A stretch of DNA of 62,953 nt, filler included, from Octopus bimaculoides (GCF_001194135.2; 5 parts of 5 records of this genome joined end to end with filler, not necessarily neighbours in it), one strand, 5' to 3'; counted from the whole stretch's first letter, positions 1-13,850 are shown. Notes: generated by a model from the letters alone, not told the origin. Program-made: numbers and translations.

Positions 1-27
1 CGTGACGAAAGATTTTCTTAAATTTAA

Positions 28-190
28 AATCTCTCCCTCTCTCCCCTTTTCTCTCCCTCTCTCTCCCTTTCTCTCCCTCTTTCCCCCTTTCTCTCCCTTT
101 CTGTTTCTCTCTCTCTCTCTCTCTCTCTCTTCCTCTCTGTTTCTCTCTCTCTCTCTCCCTCTCTCTCTCTTTCTCTCTCTCTCTCTCTGT
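28..190. repeat. (CT)n-rich tract, representative of dozens of (TA)n, (TG)n, (TATG)n, (GATA)n, (AAT)n and (CAT)n microsatellites across the window
   Basis: Read directly from the sequence. Other examples are 453-560, 13772-13844, 31500-31620, 36971-37095, 38115-38180, 41265-41420 and 59640-59756. Confidence 0.97.
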
Positions 191-498
191 TTATCCTATA
201 TACTAAGTGAAAGGTCCTGTTGCTGTATATGTATATGTATATATGCATGTATGTATGTAGCTTTTAGTCAAACAAAGTGTTCTTAAAAGTCTACAATGAA
301 TATTAAATTTTTAAATCCGATTTTAATGTTTTCAGGAATATGTCGGTTTTAGGTTCGAATTTTAACATGGTACTCGACGTTACAGGGAATTCACAAACCC
401 ATTCTCATTTACGTACCATCTACTTCCTGTCTTCATCTTTGAAATTATTCATCTGTGTGTGTGTGTGTGTGTGTGTGCGTGTGTGTGTGTGTGTGTGT

Positions 499-534
<36 letters not shown>

Positions 535-561
535 ATGCATACACACACACACACACACACA

Positions 562-845
562 TGATAGGCTCTCCCGTCTAAGATGACATATGAGACTTAG
601 CTTTGGTCGAACGACCTGCACAAATGATTTGTTTCTAGTGATCAAATGCTCGTACCGTACATTAGCTCATCCTCCCCATCAAATCGACGTTGTCTCAATA
701 GGTTCACGGTGTACCGTGCGTCAGGTGCCGAAGTGATCGCAGATGAAGTGTTTTGCTCAAGAACACAACGCACCACCCAGTCTAGGAATTGAAATCAAGA
801 TCGCTAGATCGTTAGTGTAACACCATAATCACTAAGCCATGTGCC
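562..845 (-). mobile_element. SINE family D (tRNA head + TGTTCTTGAGCAAAACACTTCAT); other copies 4068-4190 (+) and 58700-58925 (+)
   Basis: All three loci share the head TGGC(C/T)TAGTGGTTA...GGTTCGA(A/T)TCC; 562-845 and 4068-4190 also share the CORE-like block. Confidence 0.7.
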
Positions 846-1270
846 CTCATACACACACACACACACACACACACGTGCACATACATATATGTGTGTATAT
901 ATATATATATATGTGTATATATACATGTACATATATATANNNNNNNNNNNNNNNNNNNNNNNNNNNNNNNNNNNNNNNNNNNNNNNNNNNNNNNNNNNNN
1001 NNNNNTATATATATATATACGTGTGTGTGTGTGTGTGTGATTATTCAGTTTTATTTCAAGATTTTTTGCCAATAGAGAAAGAAGCGGTTTCTAACCTAGA
1101 TCTAAGACTCCTCCATTGGAATTTCATCATCAGCAACAGGGCATGCATGTATGTATTTATGTATGTATGTATACGTGCAGATTTGTATATTTTGTTGTAT
1201 GCATGTCTTCCCATGCATAAACTTGCATATCACGACATGCTCATATATACTTAAGTAATAAACTATTGGA

Positions 1271-2100
1271 AAGTTTTATAGATTTCTAAAGTTCATTGGA
1301 TCTGTAGTCTTCGAATTAGCTTCCTCCTTTCTGGTTTTGAGAAGCGTAATTTCCCAAGATTGGTATTTAGGTAGTGTGTTACATATCCCAGGGCCCTAAT
1401 AATTACAGGTATAAACCTGAGCTTGTAATCTGGATAAAGTAACTGCAGATTTTTCAATAGATCAACATAGTTCTCTTTTTAACTGATCTTCAGCTTTTTT
1501 TGAGGTTTTCACTGGAACATTCCACCAGTACTCCTGTATATTATGAATGGCTATGGCTGTCACCATACTGTGGGTTCTTATTTCTTTGTCCTCGGGATTA
1601 TCCTTTCGACGGATCTCGTTATACAGTGTCCTAGCTACAACATTATGCCTCATCAGTAGATAATACTTTGGTGACATTTTCGGACAAACTGCTTATGATG
1701 TGGGTGATATCTTCGGTGTTAACTCCACAAAGTCTGCATTGATTGTCATATTTTACTCCTTTTCCTGCATTTCTATCCCTTTTGTGCATCAGGTATTTGG
1801 TTGACATTACCTGTTCCTTGATTGCAAACGCATAGTAATCCGGTTGCTGATCCATGATTGGCTGCTTTGATGATCAATATTACTATCATCTCTCAGCTTT
1901 CTACTAACATATCCATGCATGGTATTCATACACACCCATCCTTTCAGCTGATGACCCATTGCAGTAAAGTCGGGCAACTTCTTTGGGCATATATTTAAGG
2001 TTATCAGACAAAGAATGCTACGGGCAGAGAGTGTGGGAACTGAGTAGCATTCATACACCTCCCAGTTTAGAGCTGTTAGGGCTTTTGATGCTAGAGCAGA
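1271..2100 (-). mobile_element. Decayed R4/Dong-like non-LTR retrotransposon, C-terminal zinc-knuckle and restriction-like endonuclease region
   Basis: Frameshifted peptides MHGYVSRKL, CRLCGVNTEDITHIISS(C), RHNVVARTLY, YWWNVPVKT and YPDYKLRFIPVIIRALGYV match the CCHC + RHN + RLE C-terminus of RLE-clade LINEs. Confidence 0.8.
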
Positions 2101-2231
2101 GATAAAGTTTCAACCATTTCCAGTATCGTGTTATTTCAGGTCGAGATTACTGTGAAGAAAACGATAGTGTTATACACAAATTATAACGATATTTTGCTTG
2201 ACAGCAGATGCCGTGAACTCATGCGACTTAT

Positions 2232-2267
2232 TTATGGGGTTTAATGTTCGAACATTAAACCCCATAA
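2232..2267. repeat. Perfect 36-bp palindrome
   Basis: TTATGGGGTTTAATGTTC|GAACATTAAACCCCATAA is its own reverse complement. Confidence 0.97.
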
Positions 2268-3462
2268 GGTGGAAATGTTGAAATCCTTTTAACATTTCAA
2301 AAGGTTAGGTTTTGAGTTTGACTTCGTTACTGACTTTTCGAACACTATGGCCGAGGCATTAACTTCAGCAAGACACGCCGCTTGTTGATCTGCGAGATGG
2401 GTGTTACGGTTTAAGCGTCTGATATGAGAAATGGTCGTACTTATCTTTCGTTTGGTGAATGTTCCATCTTCGTATGCCACACCTATAGATGTTCCTGCAG
2501 TTACCTTATTGAACTGTAAGTTCTTCCACCCAGAGTTTTTGTGTGTTTCGCTGTTAACAGATAGCAGTTCCTCCACCGAAACAAACATATCCATAATACT
2601 GCTTCCCATGGCCTCGCCATGACCCTGGCTCTAGGATTTTGTTATCATTGAGGTTTACTCCACTCGGGTGATTATTTTAGTCTAGCTCCTGACACTCGAC
2701 CTGCCTGACATAGGTGGCCCTACTATGAAATGAACTCCCGCCAGCATAGCTTTTGGGATCATTGAAGCACGAATATAAAAATATAATAAATAATATTAAA
2801 AAATAGAAATAAAACATATGTAAACAATATATACATATGTACACTTTGGTCAATGGCCGTTGACTACAGATAAGTTCTTCTGCCCTTTGACTAATTTCAT
2901 TTTTTTCCGTTCCGCAGGGTGTTCAACAATCACCCTTCTCAGCAAGCAAGCTCAGTGGAGTTGCTAGTTTAGTCACCGACGACCCGACTATATAACAGGT
3001 TGTACTGAGTTACATATTATCAATAACGCTCAAAAGCGATCTCACATAAAAATAATAACAGTATTCAATAATCTGATCTGCTGAATTGAAATCACCACAG
3101 TTTTATCATTACAACCACCATTGGGCTATTTCCAAGCACCCCCACTGAGTTGTTACTTTAAAACCATCACCGAATTGCGTCTCTGCAAAGGTTTGTTAAA
3201 TCTCACTCTCTTCGAGATTAAACTGCTTCTGTAAAACAATTTATTGTAATATAGTTACTCGTCGGCAATTATTGTAGTATTGCCACTATCTATGACGATG
3301 ACTGTTTACACTATAACCGTCTAGTAACAATAAACTATATAACGAAGCCGGGTAAAAACAACGTAAGAATCCAACAAACTTTCCACAACTTTTACACGAA
3401 CCAACAAACGATATTTCGACAAACTACCAAAACAACACCTTACGACTTCCTGCGATTAACGC

Positions 3463-3502
<40 letters not shown>

Positions 3503-5050
3503 AGACCGCTACTATTCATAGTCGTTCAATCAAGTCAATTCTTGCCGGAGATGTCGTGACTCTCCCTACAACACAACTTAACAATGTTATTGTAACCGTC
3601 GCTCAACCAGCACAATAACTGTTATGATAGCTACAACCGAGCTATTTCATTACAATCGACATTTGTGTCGTTAACCCCACCAGTGTGATCTCATTTCAAT
3701 TGTATGCACTGTCATCTTACAACCTATACCGGTCTGTGTCGTGTTGGTAATCACTGATCTGTGACATGAAAATCCTAGTAAGTTGTGTCATTAAAACAAC
3801 CTCTTAATACACCCGGCTGAGCTGAGTTTTGTCAGTAGAACGACTGACGTTTCTCATTACAACCACAGTTTAGATACGTTATTACGGCCGCTACTGACAG
3901 CGTCATAACAGTAAACACTCTTATTGCTACTATCACGGAGCGGCGTCAATACAACCACCTACAACCAAAATTCTTTCACATTACTTTGTTTTATAACATT
4001 CAACTTTACTTATAAATCTCTAAAAATTATCAAAGGTTTTAAAATTATTACTCCATTTATTTAGTGAACGCGCGTGGCCTAGTAGTAAGTGGGTTGCATT
4101 CACGATCGCCAGATCAGGGGTTCGAATCCTTGACATGGCGGGGTGCTGTTTTCTTGAACAAAACACTTCATATCATGTGCTCTAGTGCTGTGCATATCAA
4201 ATAAGAGACTCAAAGTATCAAAGAATAGACCCAAAGTACTGTGCAGGAACCGGCATATCAAAGAATAGACCCAAAAAATAGACCTGACCTGGGTATCTGA
4301 AAAGGCTACTTGGAGAGGTTGTGGCAAGATTTGTACTTTGACCTCGTAAAATCCTCGGTAGCAACGACTCATGAGATGGAAGTTTGTTACCTGAGTGATG
4401 CAAAGTTGTCATCTGCCAGTAGCAGGGAAATACCAAGAAATGATGGATGACGTGAAGTACTGTTACAGCACATGCATCCATATCACTACTACTGTTATTA
4501 TTACTATCCCAGTTATTTAATTAAAATTCTCCCATATATTTTAAAGTTTTGATCGTTTTGATATATATTACTGGGTAATGTTAGCTGATATATACAGAAA
4601 GATTACACTCACACACACACAGATTGCTCGACACCTCGAGCTCTAACACTTGCAGGTGGTACACTTGAACAATTGTGAAGATCTCGTCATAAGAGACCAT
4701 TCGTAACCTTGTTAATCAACAAATAAAATGTGTGTGTAGATATATATATATATATATAAGTATTATTGCCGTTTTAATAGTATTAATAAGGTAATAATAA
4801 GGTTGCTAGCAAGTTCACACCGTTACAGGCACAATATAAGATAAATTTAGATTCAGTAGGGTATATAATACCACTTGCTAAAATCAGAGCAAATGCTCCA
4901 AAGACCACCATAAACTCACGATATAAATGCACACGAGCAATGTAATGAACATATGAGAAATAGGCTTACATTTGTGTTGAATACATCAGTAAGTAAGGTA
5001 TATTTCAATATCAATTGATTTCACGCTTTGCATGACAAACTTACGCTGTT

Positions 5051-5154
5051 GAAAATAACATTTTAACATATATTGAAAATAACATTTTAACATATATTGA
5101 AAATAACATTTTAACATATATTTCTATGTTGAAAATAACATTTTAACATATATT
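5051..5154. repeat. 24-bp tandem repeat, 4 copies
   Basis: GAAAATAACATTTTAACATATATT at 5051, 5075, 5099 and 5131. Confidence 0.95.
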
Positions 5155-5254
5155 TCTAAAATATTCACTACATTAGCTCGGTGTGCGTTCCTTACTTTAA
5201 ACGTCCCACTCCGTTTAAAAGAAAACTATCGTGATCAAGAAAGAAAGGAATTTT

Positions 5255-5691
5255 GGAGAGGGCTGTGAAACAGGTATGGAATTTGGGCTAGAAAAGTGCG
5301 CTGTGTTGAAAATGAAACGAGGAAGATCTGAAAGAATCCAAGGAATTGAAATGCCTAATGGGCAAATAATGAGAGCGGTTGAGAAAGGACAGTGGTATAA
5401 GTACTTGGAAGCAGAAGAAATGAAACAAATAATCAGTAGAGAGTACAGAAGGAGAAATTATTGCTGTCAAAGCTGAATTCCAAAAATCTAATTGAAGCAA
5501 TGAATTCAAGAGCACTACCCTTAATCAGATATGGAGTTGGAATTATAGACTGGACCAAAAACGATATAAAGAAAAACTTGTTGGCAATGTATGGAGCTCA
5601 ACCGGCTGTTGACGGGTAGTCGTGATGGGTATATTGTGCTTCATATACATGTACCCCAGTGACACTTTGATGGCATGAGCTGCTCTCTCAC

Positions 5692-5758
<67 letters not shown>

Positions 5759-5775
5759 TGATGATAATAATAAGT
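5255..5775 (+). mobile_element. R4/Dong-like LINE fragment (RT C-terminal part) followed by a 3' end with (TAA)n tail
   Basis: GMEFGLEKCAVLKMKRG...YKYL, then SKLNSKNLIEAMNSRALPLIRYGVGIIDWT. The 3' end ...GACACTTTGATGGCATGAGCTGCTCTCTCACT is followed by (TAA)n at 5695-5775. Confidence 0.75.
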
Positions 5776-5799
5776 ATGAGTGTTTGAAGGAAAGAATTT

Positions 5800-8170
5800 T
5801 TTAAAAGGATTAAAAATAAAAGAAGTTGTATCTATTTGTGATGAATGCGTGAATGTAATTTGAGGACACTTATAGATTTTGCTATGAGGTCACAATAGGG
5901 ACATTGATGATTTTTAATATGCCTAAGATTGAACAAATGTGTCAGTTGATTGCGGGATATAATCCTTTGATTGCTGTGTTTCTTCAATTCAAATTTCTTA
6001 GATGTATCATGACACATTTTACGCCGCGAAGATTGATCAAGGCAATAACTTTCCCAAGATATTAGTTTAAGTTGTAGATATTTTAGTGATTGCTTTGACT
6101 TTTCCTTAAACCTAAGGATGGGTTTTCCTTTACTGCAGAATCGAAATGTAATCATCTTTCATTCGAACATGTCCTACCCTCTGCATTGAATTCTCAAAAG
6201 CATGCATATGATACAGGAGGTATCACATTTTTCTAAAATGTTGACGCTTGATGTCTTAAATTGCCGTTTTAAGTTTCAGATATGGTGCGGGCAGCACATG
6301 TGAAATGTTTCAAATTTCTTTATATGTCTGTAGTAAGGACTCCATGCTTCTTCCCCGTACAAAAGTGTGCTCAAAATACAAGATTTGTATAAACTTCTTT
6401 TAGTTTTCAAACTGACACCATGTTCAGCCCACAAACGATGGGAAAGTTTTCCATAAACATTCGTAGCCTTAAATATTCTAACATTGATTTCATCAAAAAG
6501 TTTGCTATACGTCCAAGATCTGACCTATCTGAGTAGTTTATTATCAGTCATTACATTTTAATCTTGTGTATGTTCTGTCCCAGGCTTTGATTGGAATAAA
6601 ACTTCAGTTTTTCTAATTCTGATAGTCGGTCCAAATTCGTGAGCTGCCGCAGCAAACCTACCGGTTGTTTCCTGAATTTCCTCAAATGTATGAGAAATCG
6701 AAGCGCAGTCGTCAGCAAACAGAAAATCACGTAAATCTCTTCCTTGGTCTTTTCCCTTGATCTGGAGCTTTACCCATTTACGTTGAGTAGACCTTCTGGG
6801 CGAAATTGAAATTTTACACCATGGTAGTCCATAAAAGCATGTTGGAGCATCCTAGAAAATAATATGGCAAAAAGTACTTGAGCTAAAACACAGCCCTGTT
6901 TACATCAGTGGCAAGAGAAAATGCCTCTGAACATTGACTGTTAGATATCACTGTTGCCATCATTCTTTCCTACAAGGATATTATTACCCTTATCATTTTA
7001 TCAGGGAGACCAACTTTTGACAAAATTTCCCAAAAGGCCTCACGATTCACTGTATCAAAAACCTTAGTCAAGTCGTAAAAGATCTGTACCAGTCTGTATT
7101 TTGCTCACATGTTTTGTCTTAAACTTGCCGACGAGCAAATATCATGTCAACTGTGCCTCCTTTTTCAGCCCGAAATTCACATTGTGGTTCAGGATACGTA
7201 CCGTTTATTACATGCTTATTGATGTAATTAAGAATCATCCTCGTAAGAATTTTTTCTAACTATGCTCAACAAACTTATTCTTCTGTGATTAGCACATACA
7301 CTCGTTTTCAGTTCGTTTTTGTACAAGTACCTTATAGATGCATATTTGAACTGTTGTGGAACAGAACTAGTTTCCCGATCAAACGAACTAATTTGCGCAG
7401 CTTTCTTACAAGTTGTCTACCACCATGCTTGTACATTTCTATGGGAACACCATCTTATCCAGGAGCTTTACCATTGGAAAATTTTTAATAGTAGTACTTA
7501 TCTCTTCCAAAGAAGGATCTTCCGCAAGTTCTTCAATTTTAGGCTTGTGAAGGATTTCATTCATTACTTCAGGATCGGTTGTGAATTCTTGATTTAATAC
7601 GGGTCTAAAGTATTCATCTCATCTTATCAGAATTTCATCTGTGCTACTTAAGTGTTTTGACCCGTCGTTAGGAAGAATAGCTTCCGTACTGTCTTTTTTT
7701 TTTAACTAAATACACTTTTCAGATTATCATACAATGCTCTCAAGTTGTGAGAGTTAGCAGCCTTGGGCTTTTTTTTTTTTTTGCCCACCAAGAATATTTT
7801 ATCTCACGCAATTTTTCCCTAGCAATTTTCTTAGAGGGGATGTATAAGGATTTGAGTGATGGTGAGTTTTTGTTTGAGATCCATGCCTTGTGTCGTTTGT
7901 GCATAGCTTTTAGGAGAGGTTTCATTTGATAATTATTCTCATCGAACCAGTCTTGATGCTTGCGTTTGACGAATGCTAGAACTTCAGCAGATGATTTGAT
8001 GTTTTCACGAATATTATGCCACAAAACTTCGGGATAATTGCTTTTTCTGTACTCTCAAGTTTTGAATTTAGATGTATTTCAAAATTTTGTGTCGTTTCTG
8101 GATTATTATTTTTTTTTAATAGAGACATAAGGCCTGGAATTAAGCGGAATGAAGTTTTTGATACCATTGC
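5800..8170 (-). mobile_element. Decayed RTE-clade (BovB-like) LINE, 5'-truncated
   Basis: KRKHQDWFDENN (linker), KQGCVLAQVLF (RT motif B), RFAAAAHEFG, LSTLLYGEEAW, GKPILRFK, and a terminal CPYCDLIAKSISVLKLHSRIHH zinc finger. Many stops and frameshifts. Confidence 0.85.
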
Positions 8171-11100
8171 CCTCGGTATATGCCATGTACTTTATTTTAT
8201 TGACCCCGAAAAGATGAAAGGCAAAGCGGCTTTGGCAATATTTAAACTCAACATAAAGAATCCAAAGAAATGTCACATTTTGACCGACGCGTTTATGATT
8301 CTGCCAGCTCGCCTCCTCGTTGTTAAGGCAGCGAGAAGTTGTGGAAACCAGAGAAGTGTTTGTCCTGTACCTGTCGGGGCAAAGACGCCTCAGGAAATCA
8401 CTTTGCTGTTCATATCTAGGATCATTGGTCTACCGTCTGGGTCCTGAAGTATTTCTTTACCTCAAAGCCTAATCTTTTCATAAACAACAAAACAACTCCA
8501 CGCAACCTCGGTTTATTAAAAAACTGTATCGGAAACCTTATTGAAAAACTGTATCGGAATGTAGATAACTACTACATTCAACTCAAATTATCTGAAATCT
8601 TCGAGCAGCTGAACCTACTTCTAGACACCGCCAAAACCATGAACATAATATAAAATTTTATTATATTGCAGTCTGTTTCCTATTTTCGTAGAAGTGGGTA
8701 TTGTTTTTATTAGCAAATGAATCATAATATACTGTTTTTCATTTGTTTCCTTTTCTCTTTTTATAGTTATTTTTTGTCTTGATTTGTTTATTTTGTGGTT
8801 GTTTTTTTCTGTTTCTGTTTTTAATCCGCTTAGCATTTTCGAACGAATATAAATTGCAGAACTGCTAGCAGACATCCTTTTTATATAGGAATGAGGGGAG
8901 GGTGAAATTCAACACTCATAACCATTACGCTAGGAAGGTAATATGGGGCCCATTCTTTTTCTAGAACACCTGGATAGCCACATGTCTGTAAAGTCCATAT
9001 ATTCTCCGTCATCACGAGACAATGGGCTGGCACAGTTGAATTGATTTTCTGGTTCGTTCTTTGCTGAAGTGGGAGACGGTTCTGAGTTTTGAAGATCCAC
9101 AGCTGTAGCCACTTGGTTTGAGTATGAAACTGTTTTGATCGCGTGTTCTTCCGATCATCCTCTGAGCAGAAATTGGTGTTGCTTTAGCCGTAATCTTTCT
9201 CTGGTGTACCATATAAAGCGTTTCAGAGCCCCATTATTGTTGCTGTTTCAGCTGTTTTCTGCTACCGTAGAAAGTGCTGAGGTAACTCTTGCTGCCACGC
9301 ACGTAATCCTTAAGCTTTCTAGTTTGATCACTGGCATGACCGTTTTCAGCAATGAAACCTCACTAGAGTACACCTCTAATATGACTCTATGGTCCTCAAG
9401 ATCATTAATATTTGGAAATCTATACTGATACCTGACCAAATAGATTTGAGCTTTCACAACCGCCGCAAACTGCTTCACAAAAGTCGCGGTCGGTTCTGAT
9501 AGTGCTTTCACCCGTATTCCTAATCGCGTTTTCCATCTTTCGTCGCTCCATATACTAGGTCAGAGGAAAACGCCGAGTGTTTTTTTCAGCTTACACGTCT
9601 GCTTTAGTATGTGCAAGTGTTATAATTACAATCACTTGTTTCGTCCAATAGGGCAAACTTATTGAAATATACATCCCATATGGTTTTTTCAAATTTTCTT
9701 TACAAAGGCACGGAGAAACCCTGATTGCTTTTCTGAAATAGGCTATTGTCCGCATTTCTTTCGCCTTTAGAAGCTGCTCAAGTAGAGAGGTATGGTCCTT
9801 TGTGATATAACTCACCACTTTCTAGTCATTTCCGACCTCTTTAACAGATTTAGATTTTCTGACATGTTAACACAGCTTACTATTGCTGGTGCCGGTGCTT
9901 TGGAATATGAGCTTACTTTAGTAATTTACTGGTGTTTTTGCATAGCGCGACTGTATATTGTTACTGTGGATCTGAAACTAATGATGGTGCTGCTATTGAT
10001 AATGGTGGAGATAAGGGTACTGATTATAGTATTGTTGCTCAAAATCCCCACTCTTTTTACTATTTCTACGTGTTCTACTTTTACAACGAGGGGTGTATTT
10101 TCCCTTTAAGAAAACTAATTCCAAATAATTTTAGAAGCAAAAGCTTTCAGAAGAGTTAACAACGTTAGTGCTGATGAAGATGATGGTGGTGGTTATATTG
10201 CTACTCGACATTTCCACTCCTGATTTTAACTTTCAAATCAAATTCAGGTGCAAAAAAATTTACAAGCAAATGATACTCTTTAAAATTCATCAGATCTCTC
10301 GACTGATTGACATCTTACAAATAAAACAAACAAAATAAGAGCTTTCTAAGTATATCCCACTGATTTTCTCAAAAGTATACATTGCGCGAACGATAAATGA
10401 CTACTATGTTGATAGTCACGGATAATAATGATTTCGAATTTTGCCAGAAGGGCAGCATAGTCACTAAAAATAATAACAATGAAGACGGCGATGATGTTGA
10501 TCATGAGGATTTTTTTTTTATTTGCCGCTGGAGCGTCTGTTCAGTTTCTAGTCTTGCAAGACTTTCATCTGAGAAAAAATAACCACTATTTATTTACAAA
10601 GAGATTAATAGCTTATATGATAGTTAAATATTTGTAGCATATACATTACAAACTAGGAGACAGTAAAACTGGCAGTCTAAATTGAATAACGATGCATATG
10701 CTGACAATGCGGATTGATTTATTTATGACGAGAGTACTACCCAACGTTATCTGATCAATTTGCAATGCAAGGTATATTTTTTTTCTTATAAAATACAATA
10801 TTATCCTTGCTATGATCTGAAAAATATCTAAACAGCAAAGCTAAAATTGTATATTTATTTAAGACAGTGTACTTTACATATCAAATTATCCCAAAACGCT
10901 GTAAGTTTCTCGAAAAGGTGTCCTAACACTGAAATGTAGAAATTCCAGGTAATAGTACTAACCATCACCTGTATTATTAGTTTTTATTTTATGACTTTAA
11001 AATATTATTTACAAACTATGTGTGTGTGTATGTATGTATGTATGTATATATATGTATATATATGTATATATATATATATANNNNNNNNNNNNNNNNNNNN

Positions 11101-11180
11101 NNNNNNNNNNNNNNNNNNNNNNNNTTAATTAATTAANNNNNNNNNNNNNNNNNNNNNNNNNNNNNNNNNNNNNNNNNNNN

Positions 11181-11505
11181 TTCATACTCTTAATTGCTTT
11201 ATCTACCCTGGTACTATCAACTCGGATAGCTGGTCCCTCCATTGGGTCGACATACGGCAGGCTCTCTTTCTCCCATTCATTCTCTTTATTAAGCAATCTA
11301 TCGTAGTGGCATCTCCAGACCTCTTTCTTTGCATCCTCATTTAGTGCAAGCGTACCATCATCCATGCGAACACATTTCTCTCCTACAACATCACTATTCT
11401 CTCTCCTACATTGTCTTGCAACACGAAATACCTCGAGTCTTTGGTCCTCACGGCGCAGAACATTGGCAAATCTTTCCTTATCTGCTTCCCCTCTGGCTAA
11501 GTGTG
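11181..11505 (-). mobile_element. RTE-clade LINE fragment (EN-RT linker), cut by gap
   Basis: EKCVRMDDGTLALNEDAKKEVWRCHYDRLLNKENEW...VDKAIKSM is a typical pre-RT region. Confidence 0.75.
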
Positions 11506-12122
11506 TATAACATTGTAAAATCAGTTGTTACCAAACAAATTATACAGTCAAATGTATACTAATATATCTAGCCAGGATCTTTTATTCCATCAACTGTTGT
11601 ACTTTAATTATACTGAATTCAGGCTAAGCCCCACCCTCACAACAAGTCTGTTATGAGAGTATTATGAAAGGGCTACATTATATAGATAAAGGGCTAATTC
11701 AATTGAAACTAATCCTCAATAAACTTAGCATTTGCTTAATCCCTGTAAAATACTGCTTTATCTGTACACAAATGCGATTTTACTCGATAATTATCTTAAG
11801 AAGATCATTATATAATTTTAGTCAATATTTCCTGTAAAATGAAAACAGTTAATACTTTTAAAACAAATAATAACAAATGTAAATGCTTTGAATAATAAAT
11901 AATTTTTGAAATATCACTGAAAAGTTATCATCCATTTCTAATTAAAACAGATAATGACTAGAGATTTGTGATTCAAGTCAACCATTAATAAATGCAGTTA
12001 TTAATGTGCTTTCAGTGTCTAGTAAAACAACTCTTTGGCAAAATCTCACACTAAAGAGTATATGGAAAGGATTTTTTTCTAAAACTACATTTCTAAATAT
12101 TCTGGTGCAAAAATTAAAGCTA

Positions 12123-12435
12123 AGGCCATGTGTGTGTGTGTACGTGTGTGTGTACGTGTGTGTGTGTGTGTGTGTGCGTGCGTGCATATGTGTGTGTGTA
12201 TGTTAGTGTCTCCTTGACTTGACATTACTTGATAGTGTCTCCTTGATTTGACATTGCTTGATACAATGGAATCTTCTGTGAAACATGTTGGGCCATGGAG
12301 AAATGGTAAATTACTTGGAAAGAGATGAAAGTTGGCAACAGGAAGGGCATCCAGCCATAGAAAACCTACCTGAATGAATTCTCTCTGACCAATCCATATA
12401 TAGAAAAGCGAACACTAAACCGATGATGATTGATA
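12123..12435 (+). mobile_element. SINE-like family E with RTE-type 3' tail
   Basis: (TG)n-TTAGTGTCTCCTTG...GGCAACAGGAAGGGCATCCAGCCATAGAAAA...TAAAC(C)GATGATGAT. An inverted homologue lies at 12737-13010. Confidence 0.65.
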
Positions 12436-12510
12436 ATATTTTATATATATATATGTATACATATATATATGTATCCAGACCCAGCTTCTAATATTTATAT
12501 GATATCATTA

Positions 12511-12721
12511 AGGCAGCGAGCTGGCAGAATTGCTAGCACACCGGCCAAAATGCTTAGTAGTATTTTATCTGTCATTCTGAGTTCAAATTCCACCTAGGCT
12601 GGCCTTTATCTTTCATCCTTTTGGGGGTCAATAAAATAAGCACCAGTTGAACGCTGGATGGCAGTGAAATCAACTTACTCCTTCCCTCAATATTGCTAGC
12701 CTTGAGCCAATATTTGAAACC
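12511..12721 (+). mobile_element. SINE family A
   Basis: GGCAGCGAGCTGGCAGAA...GAGTTCAAATTCC...TTTCATCCTTT...ATAAAATAAGCACCAG. Confidence 0.8.
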
Positions 12722-12736
12722 AATATTTATATATCA

Positions 12737-13010
12737 TTGATCATCATCAATTTAATGTCCACTTGTCCATGTTCATATGGGTCAAAACAGAACTCACCAA
12801 GAGATTTTCTTTGGCTGAATGCCCTTCCTGTCACCAATTCTCATCTGTTTCCAAGTGAGGTAAAATTTCCCCATGATACATCTTTTCTCATGAATATTAT
12901 TTATATGAAGGTGATGCTCATTTATAACTATTATGTAATATGTAATATCAAGACAAGGAGACACTAACATAGTCACACACACACACACACATCTATGTGA
13001 ATGTTTGTTT
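12737..13010 (-). mobile_element. SINE-like family E, inverted relative to 12123-12435
   Basis: ATCATCATCAATTTAATGTCCAC...GAATGCCCTTCCTGTCACC...CAAGACAAGGAGACACTAAC-(CA)n. Confidence 0.65.
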
Positions 13011-13772
13011 GTGTGTGTGTGCAAGCATGTATATGTGTGTGCATGTGTGTAATGTGTATGGTGTGTGTGTGTGTGTGTGTGTGTCTGTGTGTGTGTGTGT
13101 AGTTTATTATATTATCCAGTTTTATTCAATTCACTAGAGAAACATATTCTATTCATTTGAAAAAAATACGAAATTCCAAAATAGATATTTCTCTTCACTG
13201 ATAGTAACACAAAATATCACATACATTTGTCTGTTGTTGATGTTTGTACCCATTTAACAGTCTTCACAATTGTCTGGTGTGTGGTGTTATTTTAATTAAC
13301 CTTAATTAATTATCACTACATCAGCATTGTTTGGATTGTAATTTATAATTTTTTTAAATTAAATTGCTAAACAATCATTACTTATTAACTTAGTTCTATT
13401 CTCCCTGCTCTCTCAATGCAAAATATTGAGGTTATTATATTTAAACTACATACATATATACATACATACATATATATACATACATATATACATACATATA
13501 TACATACATACATACATACATACATATACATACTTATATATATTTGTGTGCGTATGTTTGTATGTGTGTGTGTATATATATGCGTGTATGTATGTATATA
13601 CATGCATATGTGTGTGCATTTGTGTGTGTATATATATGTATTAATTGAAGTGTTCAGTATTATATACCCATTACAGCTGATGTTACCAATCAATTTCGCA
13701 CTAAGGGTTCAATGGAGTGTTAAGTAACAGTCCGATTATGTAACCCTGTGCTCTTCAGAGGTAGCTGTGATG

Positions 13773-13850
<78 letters not shown>

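Noticed and set aside
8318-8500. APE endonuclease-like fragment on - (DPDGRPMILDMNSKVI..VFAP)
   Set aside because: It is too short and degenerate to assign to the neighbouring RTE or to an L1/Tx1 element.
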